Source: Fluviicola sp.
GTDB taxonomy: Bacteria; Bacteroidota; Bacteroidia; Flavobacteriales_D; Crocinitomicaceae
Length of the DNA: 64,000 nucleotides
Assembly (NCBI GenBank): GCA_021300395.1
Contig: JAJTEO010000002.1
Span: 6,768 to 70,767, forward strand
Direction: 5' to 3'
Below are positions 48,972 to 58,325 of the stretch, piece by piece. Every line of letters begins with the position of its first letter. The stretch's first letter is position 1. The position numbers were made by a program, and so were the translations under genes. The notes under the pieces were generated by a model that saw only the letters and a list, made by a program, of their open reading frames with translations, was not told where the DNA came from and ran no database searches.

Positions 48972-50201
48972 TCATTTCTCCTTCAACAAAGATTCAATCA
49001 ATAAATTAGTTTTTTCTACGTATTCTGTATAATATTCACCTGTACCTGGTCCGTTGAATCCTGTATGTACACGTTTTACAACACCATCTTTACCTATATA
49101 TATAGAAGTAGGGAAAGAGATTACTTCGTTTAACATAGAGAATTGAGAAGAAGCAAGACCTTTGTTTGCATTACCACCTACTAAAAATGTAAAATCTAAA
49201 TTAAAACGATCTTTTAAAAGCTTGATTTTATTTGCGTAATCTTCAAATGAATTTCCAACTTCATAACCAACAGAAATTATTTCTAATCCTTGTGAATGGT
49301 ATTTCTCATATAATTGTTTATAGTATCTCGTTTCGTCCATACAATTTGGACACCATGTTCCCATGATTTGAATGATCGTTACTTTATTTTTAAATTGTTC
49401 ATTCGGAAAATGAAATTCATTCCCATTTAAATCTTTTAATGAAAATTGGAAAACAGCCTCTTTTTTCACTTTTGTTAGTTCATCTGGATCAGCTAATTGA
49501 AATGTATCGTTTTTACTTCCCTCCCATTTTCCTTCAAAATGTTTACCACTTAAAAAACGTCCTTTTAATGAATCATTTTCATAGTTAGCAACCAATAAAA
49601 AAGCATGTGAACCATCAAAACAGGATAAATAGAATTTAGAACCATATTGATTTCCTTCTAAATAGCGATAATCACCAGTTTCTGTTAAGAATGTTCCAGC
49701 AATCGATTGATTGTTTTGAGAAAAGATTCCTATTGCAGGTGAAGCATCATTTGTGTTAGGATCAAAAATAACTTTCCATTTTCCATCTATTTTTGAAGTT
49801 GTTAAATCGTTAGAATAATTACTAAATCTATTTTTATAATTATATGTTGCTTGAAAAGGTATTTTGTAATTTTCGGATTTATTATAGTTCACCCAATAAC
49901 CATTTAATTGAGTTTTACTATTTTTTTTGAATACAATTTTTGAGTTAAATGTTGGAAAGCTAACAATTAGACTATCTTCTTTTTTTTCAGGTTTAGACAA
50001 TGTTATTTTCTCAGAAGCGTTACATATTATAAATTGATAGTCCTTTTTAATTTTTTTAATAATTAATTTAAAAGGCAATTCATCTTTTTGGTTAAGAAGT
50101 AGTTTAGCGCTCCAATTCCCTGCTTTTATATGATCGTTTTGTTGCGTGAACGAAACTAGAGCAAATAAGAGTATAAATGAATAAGTGAATATTAATTTCA
50201 T
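48972..50201 (-). CDS. TlpA-family thiol:disulfide oxidoreductase with N-terminal beta domain
   Basis: Signal peptide. C-terminal thioredoxin fold with WCPNC active site. Confidence 0.8.
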   Translation of the reverse strand: MKLIFTYSFILLFALVSFTQQNDHIKAGNWSAKLLLNQKDELPFKLIIKKIKKDYQFIICNASEKITLSKPEKKEDSLIVSFPTFNSKIVFKKNSKTQLNGYWVNYNKSENYKIPFQATYNYKNRFSNYSNDLTTSKIDGKWKVIFDPNTNDASPAIGIFSQNNQSIAGTFLTETGDYRYLEGNQYGSKFYLSCFDGSHAFLLVANYENDSLKGRFLSGKHFEGKWEGSKNDTFQLADPDELTKVKKEAVFQFSLKDLNGNEFHFPNEQFKNKVTIIQIMGTWCPNCMDETRYYKQLYEKYHSQGLEIISVGYEVGNSFEDYANKIKLLKDRFNLDFTFLVGGNANKGLASSQFSMLNEVISFPTSIYIGKDGVVKRVHTGFNGPGTGEYYTEYVEKTNLLIESLLKEK

Positions 50202-50301
50202 TATTAACTTTGTTTAGTAGTAAACGAATTTAATTCTTTTTACGGAAATCAATGCAACTATAAATGAATAAATATCGTCTTCCTAAATAGTAGATTGTGC
50301 A

Positions 50302-50841
50302 ATGGATGAAATTACCTTAGTAAAAGAATGCGTAAAAGGAAATGCTAAAGCACAGTTTTTGTTGTTTGATAAATTTTCGAAAAAGATGATGGCTGTATGC
50401 CTTCGTTATTCAAAAAATCAGGAAGAATCAGAAGATGTTTTACAAGAAGGTTTTGTAAAAGTGTTTTCTAAACTGAAAGATTTTAATCACACTGGCTCTT
50501 TAGAAGGATGGATTAGAAGAATAATGGTGAATACTGCTTTAGATCAAATTCGAAAAAACACTAAATTTCAAAATGATGTTCAATTAGAATCTGTTGATTA
50601 TCATTTGGGTGAATCAGACAATCAAATATTAGGAGAGTTGATGGCGGAAGATTTATTAAAATTAATAAGTAACATGCCAGATGGATATAAAGTTGTTTTT
50701 AACATGTTTGCGATTGAAGGATACAGCCATCAAGAAATAGCAACGACACTTGGGATTACAGAAAGTACTTCTAAGTCTCAATACATGCGTGCTAAGGGGT
50801 ATTTAAGATCGAAATTAGAAATTACAGGTGATGGGAGATAA
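50302..50841 (+). CDS. ECF-type RNA polymerase sigma-70 factor
   Basis: Region 2 (SEDVLQEGFVKVF, GWIRRIMVNTALD) and region 4 HTH (GYSHQEIATTLGITESTSKSQ). Confidence 0.9.
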   Translation: MDEITLVKECVKGNAKAQFLLFDKFSKKMMAVCLRYSKNQEESEDVLQEGFVKVFSKLKDFNHTGSLEGWIRRIMVNTALDQIRKNTKFQNDVQLESVDYHLGESDNQILGELMAEDLLKLISNMPDGYKVVFNMFAIEGYSHQEIATTLGITESTSKSQYMRAKGYLRSKLEITGDGR

Positions 50842-51679
50842 AGACATATTTAAAGATATTTTTTCTGAAAAACTGAAAGATTTAGAGCTTCCAGTGAATG
50901 AAAAATTATGGAATTCTATTTCGAATCAAATCGTCTCTGCGCCTGTTGTGTCAAGTATTTCTTTATTATCTAAAATTATAATTGGTTCTTCTATTTCTGC
51001 AGCTGCTATCGTTGGCGGTTATTATCTTAATTCAACTTCTGAAAACAACGAAAAACAAATTAAATCGCAAATATCAGTTAATAAAAATGAATTAAGAGAA
51101 GTAAAAGAGGTTAAAGAAACTATTTCAGCTATTAAACAACCTTCCGTTTCAATTAATAAAGAAGAAAAAAGTATCGCTTCTGAAACGATTATTGTGGATG
51201 ATAATTTGGTTGATATTCCAGTAAATAACAATCTTTTTATCTCTCCAAATACCGTTACTATTAATCAATCTACCGTAGTTGCTAATCAAAATAAAAATGA
51301 TCAACCGATTAATAATACAGTAGCACAATCTCCAACAGAAATACCAAAAGCAACTGTTGTTCCTTCTGAAAATAAAAATATTTCTACTGAAGAAAATTCT
51401 GTTTATAAATTAGATTTAAAAAATGTTTTTACTCCAAATGGTGATGGTGTAAATGATTATTTAGAAATTGAAACAGAAGGATTATTTGATTTTTCGGTTG
51501 TTATTTTAGATAAGAATAATCAAAAAGTTTATACGTCAAATGACCCTCATTTCAAATGGGATGGTACAAATATGAGTGGTGAATTTGTTCCTGAAGGGAG
51601 TTACATTTATTTTGTGACTGCTAAAACAGAAAGCAATAAGCCAATTTCTAAGTATAGTTCTTTAACTATAAAAAGATAG
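50831..51679 (+). CDS. membrane-anchored protein with T9SS type-B (gliding-motility CHU_C) C-terminal domain; anti-sigma-like position
   Basis: Overlaps the sigma gene stop. About 45 aa cytoplasmic, one TM (IIIGSSISAAAIVGGYYL), S/N/V-rich linker, C-terminal VFTPNGDGVNDYL...GSYIYFV domain. Confidence 0.7.
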   Translation: MGDKDIFKDIFSEKLKDLELPVNEKLWNSISNQIVSAPVVSSISLLSKIIIGSSISAAAIVGGYYLNSTSENNEKQIKSQISVNKNELREVKEVKETISAIKQPSVSINKEEKSIASETIIVDDNLVDIPVNNNLFISPNTVTINQSTVVANQNKNDQPINNTVAQSPTEIPKATVVPSENKNISTEENSVYKLDLKNVFTPNGDGVNDYLEIETEGLFDFSVVILDKNNQKVYTSNDPHFKWDGTNMSGEFVPEGSYIYFVTAKTESNKPISKYSSLTIKR

Positions 51680-51745
51680 GAACTATTATTACTTCCCCAT
51701 CCTTAATAGGGTAATCAAAAATCGCAATTAAATATTATAGATAAT

Positions 51746-51775
51746 AAAAAAGCCCTGCATTTGCAGAGCTTTTTT
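51746..51775. terminator. bidirectional terminator (shared by the 50831 gene and tRNA-Cys)
   Basis: AGCCCTGCA/TGCAGAGCT stem (one mismatch) flanked by A5 and T5. Confidence 0.65.
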
Positions 51776-51776
51776 G

Positions 51777-51847
51777 AGGTTTCGAGCGGATTCGAACCGC
51801 TGTAGACGGTTTTGCAGACCGCTGCCTAGCCGCTCGGCCACAAAACC
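51777..51847 (-). tRNA. tRNA-Cys (GCA)
   Basis: The reverse complement GGTTTTGTGGCCGAGCGGCTAGGCAGCGGTCTGCAAAACCGTCTACAGCGGTTCGAATCCGCTCGAAACCT folds as a cloverleaf. It has a 7-bp acceptor stem, anticodon loop CUGCAAA and GGTTCGAATCC T-arm. Confidence 0.9.
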
Positions 51848-51888
51848 ATTTAGACGAAGCAAAATTAATAAAAAATTTTAATAAACAA

Positions 51889-52242
51889 TTAATCTTCTAT
51901 TATTATTGCAACGTTTTGTACATCTCCATTGATTGGAGGACATATTTTTATGATCTTAACTTTAAGTGTTGTAACGTTATCTATTTCATTTTGAATACGA
52001 TTGTATATACGTTGACCAACATGTTCAATTAATTTTGAACGAATAGCCATTTCTTCTGTTACAATTCGATTAATATCACAATAATCGATTGTTTGAATTA
52101 ACTCATCAGAAATAGCTGCTTCTGTAAAGTCAGTTGTCAACGATATATCAACGGTATAATGTCCACCGATTTTACCTTCTTCCGGTAAACATCCGTGAAA
52201 AGCATATAATTTGATTCCGTTAACTTCTATGGTGTGTTTCAT
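51889..52242 (-). CDS. folB: dihydroneopterin aldolase
   Basis: 117 aa. GIKLYAFHGCLPEE...IDYCDI pattern of the FolB family. Confidence 0.8.
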   Translation of the reverse strand: MKHTIEVNGIKLYAFHGCLPEEGKIGGHYTVDISLTTDFTEAAISDELIQTIDYCDINRIVTEEMAIRSKLIEHVGQRIYNRIQNEIDNVTTLKVKIIKICPPINGDVQNVAIIIED

Positions 52243-52278
52243 TTTTTAGACCATTAGATATTAGAAACGCTTCGCTTT

Positions 52279-52317
52279 AGAAGTTAGAATTTAAACATAA
52301 TCTAATTTCTAACTTCT
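52279..52317 (-). terminator. hairpin after gltX (no U-run)
   Basis: AGAAGTTAGAA/TTCTAACTTCT 11-bp inverted repeat with 17-nt loop in the gltX-folB spacer. Confidence 0.35.
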
Positions 52318-52331
52318 AAAAGTCTAACATC

Positions 52332-53846
52332 TTATTTATTAATTTGCTCAAAACCAATATTCATTCTTTCAACACATTCAGCTTTACCTAAAAATGCGCA
52401 GATTTCGAACATGCTTGGCCCCATTCCTGTTCCTGTAATTAACAAACGGAAATTTGGTAAAACTGCTCCAATTCCTAATCCTTTAGATTCTAAAAATGAT
52501 TTGAATGCTGTTTCAATGTTTTCAGCTGTAAAATCTGAAATTGCTTCCAATTGAGTAAACCATTCTTTTAATATAGTAGAAGTATCTTCTTTCCATTTTT
52601 TATCGATCGTTTGTTGATCGTATGAAGTAGGTTTATTTAATAAGTAAGCACCTTCAATTAAGATATCTTTTAAGAATGTAGCTCTTTCTTTCATTAAGCG
52701 ACAAACGTTAGTTAAAACATCTTTATCGTAAGTTTCTGTTAATTCTTGCGATAACATGTCTGCTAACACAGAATCATCAGTTGCTCTTAAATAGGTTTGT
52801 TGGAACCATTTTGTTTTCTCAGCATCAAATTTTGCTCCTGATTTAGAAACTCTTTCTAAGCTAAATGCTTCAACTAATTCTTCTAATGAAAAGATTTCTT
52901 TATTATTTCCTGGATTCCATCCTAACAATGCTAACATGTTAACGAATGCTTCTGGGAAATAACCATTTTCTCTATAACCTGAATAAACTTCTCCTTCTGC
53001 AGTTGTCCAGTTTGTTGGGAAAACAGGGAAACCTAAACGGTCACCATCTCTTTTAGATAATTTACCATTTCCATCAGGTTTTAATAATAAAGGTAAGTGT
53101 GCAAATTCTGGTGCTTCCCATCCAAATGCTTCATATAATAAAACGTGTAATGGTGCTGATGGTAACCATTCTTCTCCTCTAATTACATGAGAAATTTTCA
53201 TTAAATGATCATCTACAATGTTTGCTAAATGATACGTTGGCATTCCATCACTTTTGAAAAGCACTTTATCGTCTAAGTTATTTGTATTTACAACAACCCA
53301 TCCACGAATGTTATCTTCAAAACGAATATCTCTATTACGTGGCATTTTCATACGAATAACATATGGTTCACCTGCGTCTAATAAACGTTTAACTTCGTCT
53401 GCAGGTAATGTCAATGAATTTCTCAAAGATGTTCTAGTAACAACATTGTATTGCCAGCTAGCCATTCCCATCGCTTTTGCTTGCTCTCTAACTTTTTCTA
53501 ATTCTTCAGCTGTATCAAACGCATAATAAGCTGATTCATTTGCAATTAACTGTTCTGCATAAGGTTTGTACATGTCTTTTCGTTCAGATTGAACATAAGG
53601 ACCATATTCTCCACCTAAACCAGGACCTTCTGTTGGCATAATTCCACACCACTCTAAAGCATCCATGATGTATTGTTGAGTTCCAGGAACAAAACGAGTT
53701 TGATCTGTATCCTCAATACGGATGATAAAAGTTCCGTTATGTTTTTTAGCAAAAAGGTAATTGTATAAAGCAGTTCTTACTCCACCCATATGTAATGGGC
53801 CAGTTGGAGATGGTGCAAAACGAACACGAACAGGTTTTTGAGACAT
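52332..53846 (-). CDS. gltX: glutamate--tRNA ligase
   Basis: RFAPSPTGPLHMGGVRTALYN (HIGH-type) and KLSKR (KMSKS) motifs, 504 aa. Confidence 0.95.
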   Translation of the reverse strand: MSQKPVRVRFAPSPTGPLHMGGVRTALYNYLFAKKHNGTFIIRIEDTDQTRFVPGTQQYIMDALEWCGIMPTEGPGLGGEYGPYVQSERKDMYKPYAEQLIANESAYYAFDTAEELEKVREQAKAMGMASWQYNVVTRTSLRNSLTLPADEVKRLLDAGEPYVIRMKMPRNRDIRFEDNIRGWVVVNTNNLDDKVLFKSDGMPTYHLANIVDDHLMKISHVIRGEEWLPSAPLHVLLYEAFGWEAPEFAHLPLLLKPDGNGKLSKRDGDRLGFPVFPTNWTTAEGEVYSGYRENGYFPEAFVNMLALLGWNPGNNKEIFSLEELVEAFSLERVSKSGAKFDAEKTKWFQQTYLRATDDSVLADMLSQELTETYDKDVLTNVCRLMKERATFLKDILIEGAYLLNKPTSYDQQTIDKKWKEDTSTILKEWFTQLEAISDFTAENIETAFKSFLESKGLGIGAVLPNFRLLITGTGMGPSMFEICAFLGKAECVERMNIGFEQINK

Positions 53847-54052
53847 AATTTAATTTTTTTGCAAAGATAATTAATTTAACCACAGATGTACACATTGAAT
53901 TTATGGTCATTTGATCAATTAATTTGTCGCCAGCATTTGTTGTAATCTCTTTTTAACAAATTTTTCATTTCATAAATGAAACTTAAGCAATCGTTATCAT
54001 AATATTGTTTTATTTTTATACGTTTTTCCATTATCAATGAGATAAAATTACT

Positions 54053-57000
54053 ATGAGTGCTTTTGATAGATTATTAAGTCAGATTGATGCGTTCATTCGC
54101 AAGTATTATAAAAATGAGATGATTAAAGGTTTATTCCTTTTTGCTGGAATATTTCTATTCTCTTTTTTATTCACGACTATTTTAGAATTCTTTGGGAGAT
54201 TTAATTCAATCGTTCGTGGAATTCTTTTCTTTGGCTTTATTTTCACGAATATTTATGTCTTAATTAGATATATTTTCATACCTGTTTCTAAATTGTTTTC
54301 ATTTGGAAAGCAAATCAATCGTTATCAAGCATCTCAAATCATCGGTAACTTCTTTCCTTCTATTTCAGATCGTTTATTAAATACCTTGCAGTTAAATGAT
54401 AATTTAGAACAAAACGAAGGTAATTTTGAATTAATTAGAGCAAGTGTTTCACAACGTTCAGCATCATTAACGGTTGTTCCTTTCACAACAGCTATTGATA
54501 TCAAAGAGAATCGTAAATATTTGAAATATATCATTCCTTTATTTTTAGTCTTTCTTTCCATTGCTGTTTTCGTTCCGCATTTATTTCAACAGAGTACAGA
54601 ACGTGTTGTGAATTATTCCAAAGAATTTAAGCCCGTTTCGCCTTTTCAATTTAATTTATTAAATAAGAATCTACAAATAGAAGAAGGTGACGATTTAGAG
54701 GTTAATTTATCGCTTTCTGGAAGCCAATTTCCAGATAAAATATACATTGTTAGTACTCAAGGTAAGTTTTTAATGGAAAAGACTTCTAAAATTGATGCAA
54801 ATGCTATTCTTAAAAAGATTAAATCGAATGATCAATTTTACTTTGAAGCCAATTCTTTTCAAAGTGAAGTATATGCTGTAAATGTGATTAAAAAATCTAC
54901 CATTGGTAAATTAGAAGCCCGTCTAATCTATCCTTCTTATTTAGGGAAAGAACCAGAAACGATTTCTAATTCTGGAGATTTATCTATTCCTGAAGGAACG
55001 TTGATTGAATGGAATGTGATTACTAAGAATACTAATAATGTAAAGTTTAGCATTAATAATCTTGAGAAAAATTTTAATTCTGAATCGTTTAGAATCAATC
55101 ATAAATTCAAAAATGATGCTCGAATCAAAATAGAAATGGTTAATTCTCAAAGCAAAAAAGTTGATTCATCTGGCTTTTATATTTCGGTTGCAAAAGATGC
55201 CTTCCCTTCTATTCATGTTGAAGAAGTAAAAGATTCTGTTTCTGATGCTATTCGTTTTTTCTCTGGATCAATTGCTGATGATTATGGGTTTTCTTCTCTT
55301 AAATTTGTTTATACAATCATTAGTGAAAATGGTAAACGTAAAACTCAAACGTTACCAGTTACTAAAGTTCTTGGTACAGAAATGCCTTTTAATTTTGCTG
55401 TCGATTTCAAACACGAGAATGTTAAATTAAAAGATAAAATTGAATATTATTTTATCGTTGGTGACAATGATGGAGTTAATGGAACCAAATTTTCCAAATC
55501 TCAAATGTTTGAATATAAATTACCTTCTCTTGAAGAATTGAATGATAAACGAGATGAGGATCAACAAGAATCAAAAGAAAATTTAAAAGATATTCTTACC
55601 AAAGCGAATGATTTTCAAAAGAAAGTTGATCACTTGAAGAAGGATGTTTTAAACTCTAAATCAAATGATTTTAATAAATTAAATCAAGTCCAGCAGTTAC
55701 AGCAAGAGCAAGAAATTATTCAAAAATCTTTAGAACAAATGTTGAATCAAATTCAAGAAAGTTCTCAGGAAAAAAACCAATTATCAGAAATAGATAAAGA
55801 TTTGTTAGAGAAACAAGCTTTGATAGAAGAGCTTCTTAAAGAAGTTATGGATGATGAACTTATGGTTCTTCTGAAAAAGCTTGAAGACTTGATGAAAAAC
55901 GATTCTAAGGATAAAATTGAAGATAAGTTAGAAGATGTTCAGCAATCTTCAGAAGATATGAAAAAGCAATTGGATCGTTCTTTAGAAATGCTTAAAAAAT
56001 TACAAGTGAACGAGAAAATAGATGATATTGAAAAAGAGTTAAAAGAACTAGCTAAAGATCAAGAAGAGTTAAAAGAACAGACTGAGAATGATAAATTATC
56101 TTCTGAAATGGCAAAAGAAAAACAGGATGATTTAAACAAAAAGTTTGATGAACTGAAACAAGATTTAGAGCAACTCAAAAAGTTAAATGAAGAGTTAAAT
56201 AAACCTATGAATTTAGGTGATCAGGAAGAAATGAAAAAAGAAATTTCTGAAGAAATGAAAAATGCTTCAGAAAACATTCAAAAGAAAAAGGGTAAAAAAG
56301 CTTCTGAGAATCAAAAAAATGCTGCTGATGAAATGAAAAAGATGGCTGATGAGCTTGATCAAATTCAACAAGAAGAAAACAAACAGCAGCAAGAAGAAGA
56401 TATCAATACATTAAGAATTATTTTAAAGAATTTAATGACTTTGAGTTTTACGCAAGAAGATGTTATGTATAAGTTTTCAAAAGTAAAAGACAACGACCCT
56501 AGTTATCGTAAGTATGGTCGAGTTCAACGTTCGATTATAGACGACACAAAAATGGTTAAGGATAGTTTATATGCTTTAGCAAAACGACAACCTAAAATTG
56601 CTTCTTTCGTTGATAAAGAATTAAATGATATTACTAAGAATTTCAAACTTTCTTTAGAAGATATTGATGAACATAGAAAGCGTAATTTAAACTTACATCA
56701 ACAGTCTGTAATGACTTCATTTAATAATTTAGCTCTATTGTTAAATGAATCATTAGAAAGTATGCAACAACAAATGCAAATGCAATCTAAAGGTGGTGGG
56801 TCTTGTGATAAACCTGGTAAAGGGAAAGGTAAACCTAAACCTGGTGATTCAATGGGTGACATGAAGGAAATGTTGAAGAAGCAATTAGAACAAATGCAGA
56901 AAGGTCCTAATCCTGGTGGTGAGAAATCGGGTGATAAACCTGGCTCTAAACCTGGACAAAGTGGTAATATGGGTATGCCTGGTTTAGGTAATAAACAAAT

Positions 57001-57409
57001 TGCTAAAATGGCTGCTGAGCAAACTGCTATTCGTCAACGATTGGAACAATTAAAGAATGAGTTAAATAAAGATGGTAAAGGTTCAGGTAATAAATTAAAT
57101 CCTTTAATTAATGAATTAGAGAAACAAGAAAAGGATTTAATCAATAAGAATTTCACGCCTGATATGGTTAAACGACAAAAAGATATTTTAACACGTTTAT
57201 TAGAATCTGAGAAAGCATTGATGGAGAGAGGTTTTGAAGAAAAAAGAGAATCAAAAGATGGAAAAAATTTAAATTATGGTAACCAAATTCGATTTGATGA
57301 GTATACAAATCAAAAGCTCAAGCAAATTGAATTATTACGTTCTGTTGATCCTGTTTTTCGTAAGTATTATAAGGACAAAGCAAATGAATATTTCAATCGA
57401 GCAAATTGA
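54053..57409 (+). CDS. large membrane-anchored coiled-coil protein (hypothetical)
   Basis: 3-4 N-terminal TM helices, beta-rich middle, ~450-aa E/K/Q coiled coil, G/P/K low-complexity patch (GGGSCDKPGKGKGKPKPG...GDKPGSKPGQSG). Confidence 0.7.
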   Translation: MSAFDRLLSQIDAFIRKYYKNEMIKGLFLFAGIFLFSFLFTTILEFFGRFNSIVRGILFFGFIFTNIYVLIRYIFIPVSKLFSFGKQINRYQASQIIGNFFPSISDRLLNTLQLNDNLEQNEGNFELIRASVSQRSASLTVVPFTTAIDIKENRKYLKYIIPLFLVFLSIAVFVPHLFQQSTERVVNYSKEFKPVSPFQFNLLNKNLQIEEGDDLEVNLSLSGSQFPDKIYIVSTQGKFLMEKTSKIDANAILKKIKSNDQFYFEANSFQSEVYAVNVIKKSTIGKLEARLIYPSYLGKEPETISNSGDLSIPEGTLIEWNVITKNTNNVKFSINNLEKNFNSESFRINHKFKNDARIKIEMVNSQSKKVDSSGFYISVAKDAFPSIHVEEVKDSVSDAIRFFSGSIADDYGFSSLKFVYTIISENGKRKTQTLPVTKVLGTEMPFNFAVDFKHENVKLKDKIEYYFIVGDNDGVNGTKFSKSQMFEYKLPSLEELNDKRDEDQQESKENLKDILTKANDFQKKVDHLKKDVLNSKSNDFNKLNQVQQLQQEQEIIQKSLEQMLNQIQESSQEKNQLSEIDKDLLEKQALIEELLKEVMDDELMVLLKKLEDLMKNDSKDKIEDKLEDVQQSSEDMKKQLDRSLEMLKKLQVNEKIDDIEKELKELAKDQEELKEQTENDKLSSEMAKEKQDDLNKKFDELKQDLEQLKKLNEELNKPMNLGDQEEMKKEISEEMKNASENIQKKKGKKASENQKNAADEMKKMADELDQIQQEENKQQQEEDINTLRIILKNLMTLSFTQEDVMYKFSKVKDNDPSYRKYGRVQRSIIDDTKMVKDSLYALAKRQPKIASFVDKELNDITKNFKLSLEDIDEHRKRNLNLHQQSVMTSFNNLALLLNESLESMQQQMQMQSKGGGSCDKPGKGKGKPKPGDSMGDMKEMLKKQLEQMQKGPNPGGEKSGDKPGSKPGQSGNMGMPGLGNKQIAKMAAEQTAIRQRLEQLKNELNKDGKGSGNKLNPLINELEKQEKDLINKNFTPDMVKRQKDILTRLLESEKALMERGFEEKRESKDGKNLNYGNQIRFDEYTNQKLKQIELLRSVDPVFRKYYKDKANEYFNRAN

Positions 57410-57430
57410 TTTTGAATATATAAATTTTGT

Positions 57431-57844
57431 ATGAGAGAAGGTTTTACTATAGTTGATAAGATTTCAATACCGTCAGATTATGCTGCAGTCCGTAAAGTTG
57501 AGTCATTGATTGATAAAGTTTGTGGAGATTTAGGTGTTCAAGAAGATTTTTATGGTAATGTTCTTATTGCTGTAACGGAAGCTGTTAATAATGCAATTCA
57601 ACATGGAAATACATTTAAAAATGATTTAGAAGTTCATGTTTCTATTGCTGATAAATCAGATGAATTTTGTTTTTCAATTAAAGACCAAGGACGTGGTTTT
57701 GATTTTAATCATCTACCCGACCCTACTTCTCCTGAGAATATTGAAAAAGAAAATGGTAGAGGTATCTTTCTTATGAAGAACCTTGCTGATGATGTTGAAT
57801 TTGAAGATAATGGTGCTAAAGTAAATATATATTTTACTAAATAA
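57431..57844 (+). CDS. ATP-binding protein, anti-sigma-factor-type serine kinase fold (HATPase_c_2)
   Basis: N-box VTEAVNNAIQHGN, G-box DQGRGF...ENGRGIFLM. 137 aa. Confidence 0.75.
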   Translation: MREGFTIVDKISIPSDYAAVRKVESLIDKVCGDLGVQEDFYGNVLIAVTEAVNNAIQHGNTFKNDLEVHVSIADKSDEFCFSIKDQGRGFDFNHLPDPTSPENIEKENGRGIFLMKNLADDVEFEDNGAKVNIYFTK

Positions 57845-57845
57845 T

Positions 57846-58271
57846 ATGGTAAATCTTTTTTTTGAAGATGTTGAAATTCTGGGTTTAGATCCAGAATTTT
57901 TTATTTCATGGCTATCTGATTGCTGTGATACTGAAGGTAAATCTTTAGAAGAAGTTAATTTGATTTTTTGTTCTGATGAGTATTTACTTCAGAAAAATAT
58001 TGAGTTTCTTCAACATGATTATTATACTGATATTATCACGTTTGATTATTGTCAAGGGGATTTGATTATGGGTGATCTATTTATTTCTAAAGATCGTGTT
58101 ATTGATAATGCACAAACTAATGGAGTTTCTTTTGAGAATGAATTAAATCGTGTTATTGTTCATGGTGTTTTACATTTGTGTGGATATAAAGATAAGTCTG
58201 TTGACGAAGAGAAATTAATGCGTTCGAAAGAAGATTTTTATTTGGATAGAATTGTTCCACGTGAAACTTAA
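57846..58271 (+). CDS. ybeY: rRNA maturation RNase YbeY
   Basis: HGVLHLCGYKD zinc motif, 141 aa. Confidence 0.9.
   Translation: MVNLFFEDVEILGLDPEFFISWLSDCCDTEGKSLEEVNLIFCSDEYLLQKNIEFLQHDYYTDIITFDYCQGDLIMGDLFISKDRVIDNAQTNGVSFENELNRVIVHGVLHLCGYKDKSVDEEKLMRSKEDFYLDRIVPRET
58253..58268. other. parS site 1 (TGTTCCACGTGAAACT), inside the 3' end of ybeY
   Basis: 15/16 match to the canonical chromosomal parS TGTTNCACGTGAAACA. Confidence 0.8.
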
Positions 58272-58301
58272 TTTTTATATGAATTTTAATCGTTGTAATT
58301 T

Positions 58302-58317
58302 TGTTCCACGTGGAACA
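58302..58317. other. parS site 2 (TGTTCCACGTGGAACA), ybeY-mnmG spacer
   Basis: Perfect 16-bp palindrome, the symmetric form of the parS consensus. Confidence 0.85.
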
Positions 58318-58325
58318 CGAAAATT

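Noticed and set aside
53960-53985. 8-bp inverted repeat TTTCATTT-CAT-AAATGAAA in the gltX/54053 divergent promoter region as an operator
   Set aside because: It is a single short A/T palindrome in AT-rich DNA with no second copy in the window. It is not distinguishable from chance.
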